From an uncultured delta proteobacterium (GTDB lineage: Bacteria > Myxococcota_A > Polyangia > Fen-1088), in assembly GCA_963767925.1 (NCBI GenBank), contig CAVYGB010000005.1, positions 1 through 59,735 on the forward strand: a stretch of DNA of 59,735 nucleotides, written 5' to 3'. The position numbers and the translations under genes are program-made. The notes under the pieces are model-generated. The model saw nothing but the letters and a program-made list of their open reading frames with translations. It was not told the DNA's origin and did not search any database. Shown one piece after another: positions 58,574 through 59,735 of this stretch (its first letter is position 1; the number at the start of each line of letters is the position of its first letter).

Positions 58574-59735
58574 ATGGACATCAAGGACGACGACAAGGAG
58601 CGACGGCACGCCGTCGCGCTGTTCCGGTACGGGCTGATCGCGGACCTATTGCACTGGCCGCGAGGCAAGCGCGGGCTCGGCGAGATGATCGCCAAGAAGG
58701 CCGAGCGCGAGCACGAAATTCCCGGGTCACGGCGGTGCCGGGTGGCACCCGAGACGATCCGGGACTGGCTCAAGGACTACCGACAAGGCGGCTTCGATGC
58801 TCTGCTGCCCAAGCCCCGGCGGGACCAGGGGCAGGCGCGCGCCATCCCGCAGTCGGTGGTCGATCTGCTGTGCATGGTCAAGGAGGACAAGCCGGCGCTG
58901 TCAGTGCGGATGGTGATCGAAGCGGCGCGCGCCTCGGCAGAGGTGCCGCAGGACGTGGAGCTGGCGCCGGCGACGGTGCACCGGGTGCTGTCCCGAGCCG
59001 GCCTGATGGAGCGGCGGCCAGACGAGCCGACGAGCAACGACCGGCGCCGCTTCTCCTACCTGAAGGCAGGTGAGCTGTGGATGAGCGACGTCATGCACGG
59101 ACCGGCAGTCCTCGACGAGCGCAAGCGCCGGCGCAAGACGTATCTCATCTCCTTCATTGACGACGTCACGCGGGTGATCCCCTACGGGGCTTTCGCGCTC
59201 GGGGAGAATGTCGCGTGCTTTCTGCCCGTGTTCGAGCAAGCCATCCGCCGCAGAGGGATCCCGAAGCGGCTCTACGTTGATAATGGGGCGGCGTACCGGT
59301 CGAACCACCTGTCGCTGGTGTGCGCGAAGCTGGGAGTCACGCTGATCCACGCCCGCCCGTACCAGCCTCAGGGCAAGGGCAAGCAAGAGCGTTGGCATCG
59401 CGAGGTCCGACGCCAGTGTCTCGGCATCCTCGGCGAGCAGGACACGACCAGCCTGGAGGCGCTCAACCGCAAGCTCTGGTCCTGGATCGAGGGCGAGTAC
59501 CACCAGGCCCCGCACAAGGGCCTCGACGGTGAGACGCCGATCGAGCGCTGGGCACAGGTCTCCGATGAGGTGCGACTGCCCGAGGCCAATGTCGACGTGG
59601 GCGACCTCTTCCTCTTCGAGGAAAAGCGCAAGGTCCACAAGGACAGGACCGTGAGCCTGCGGGGCGTGGTCTACGAAGTCGACGCCGCCCTCGTCGGCGA
59701 CACGGTCACCCTGCGCTTCGACCCCTCCCGCCTCG
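58574..59735 (+). CDS. DDE-type integrase/transposase (rve core, Mu-like C-terminus), 3'-partial
   Basis: Missing from the ORF track because it has no stop in the window. ATG follows AAGGAGG. Motifs ALFRYGLI, TIRDWLKDY..GGFDAL, LWMSD, IDDVTR, LYVDNG and GKGKQER. Confidence 0.92.
   Translation, partial: MDIKDDDKERRHAVALFRYGLIADLLHWPRGKRGLGEMIAKKAEREHEIPGSRRCRVAPETIRDWLKDYRQGGFDALLPKPRRDQGQARAIPQSVVDLLCMVKEDKPALSVRMVIEAARASAEVPQDVELAPATVHRVLSRAGLMERRPDEPTSNDRRRFSYLKAGELWMSDVMHGPAVLDERKRRRKTYLISFIDDVTRVIPYGAFALGENVACFLPVFEQAIRRRGIPKRLYVDNGAAYRSNHLSLVCAKLGVTLIHARPYQPQGKGKQERWHREVRRQCLGILGEQDTTSLEALNRKLWSWIEGEYHQAPHKGLDGETPIERWAQVSDEVRLPEANVDVGDLFLFEEKRKVHKDRTVSLRGVVYEVDAALVGDTVTLRFDPSRL

Larger units (their letters stand above)
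57661..59735 (+). mobile_element. DDE transposon (accessory ORF plus integrase-core transposase), left part only
   Basis: Begins TGTTGCAGAAG where the nuclease reading frame stops looking protein-like. Carries two co-oriented ORFs. The right end is outside the window. Confidence 0.75.

Overview
Very GC-rich bacterial DNA, most likely Myxococcota, judging from three MYXO-CTERM-like C-termini, Cys-rich lipoproteins and Gly/Thr/Ser linkers. About 1-42 kb looks like ordinary chromosome. It holds an LPMO-like protein, a CheB/CheR fusion plus hybrid kinase flanked by two stand-alone H-box proteins, an aminotransferase, puuD and a deoxyhypusine-synthase-family gene. It continues with a DUF2203/folE-like/SDR/LON-domain operon, ilvE, two tandem Cys-rich lipoproteins, frmA-gloB, an M11-like peptidase, a large S8 protease and a polysaccharide lyase. 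REP-like palindromes, REPIN-like doublets and short tandem arrays lie between genes. From about 42 kb to the end the window looks like an accessory or defence island. It carries an AddAB-like helicase/nuclease pair, a lower-GC patch, decayed Fic, HNH, WYL and ADP-ribosylglycohydrolase remnants, yjjJ, and a PD-(D/E)XK nuclease cut by a DDE transposon that runs off the window. At least seven genes carry apparent single-base insertions, probably sequencing errors. No rRNA, tRNA or CRISPR array was seen. All family calls come from motif recognition by eye, not from database searches.
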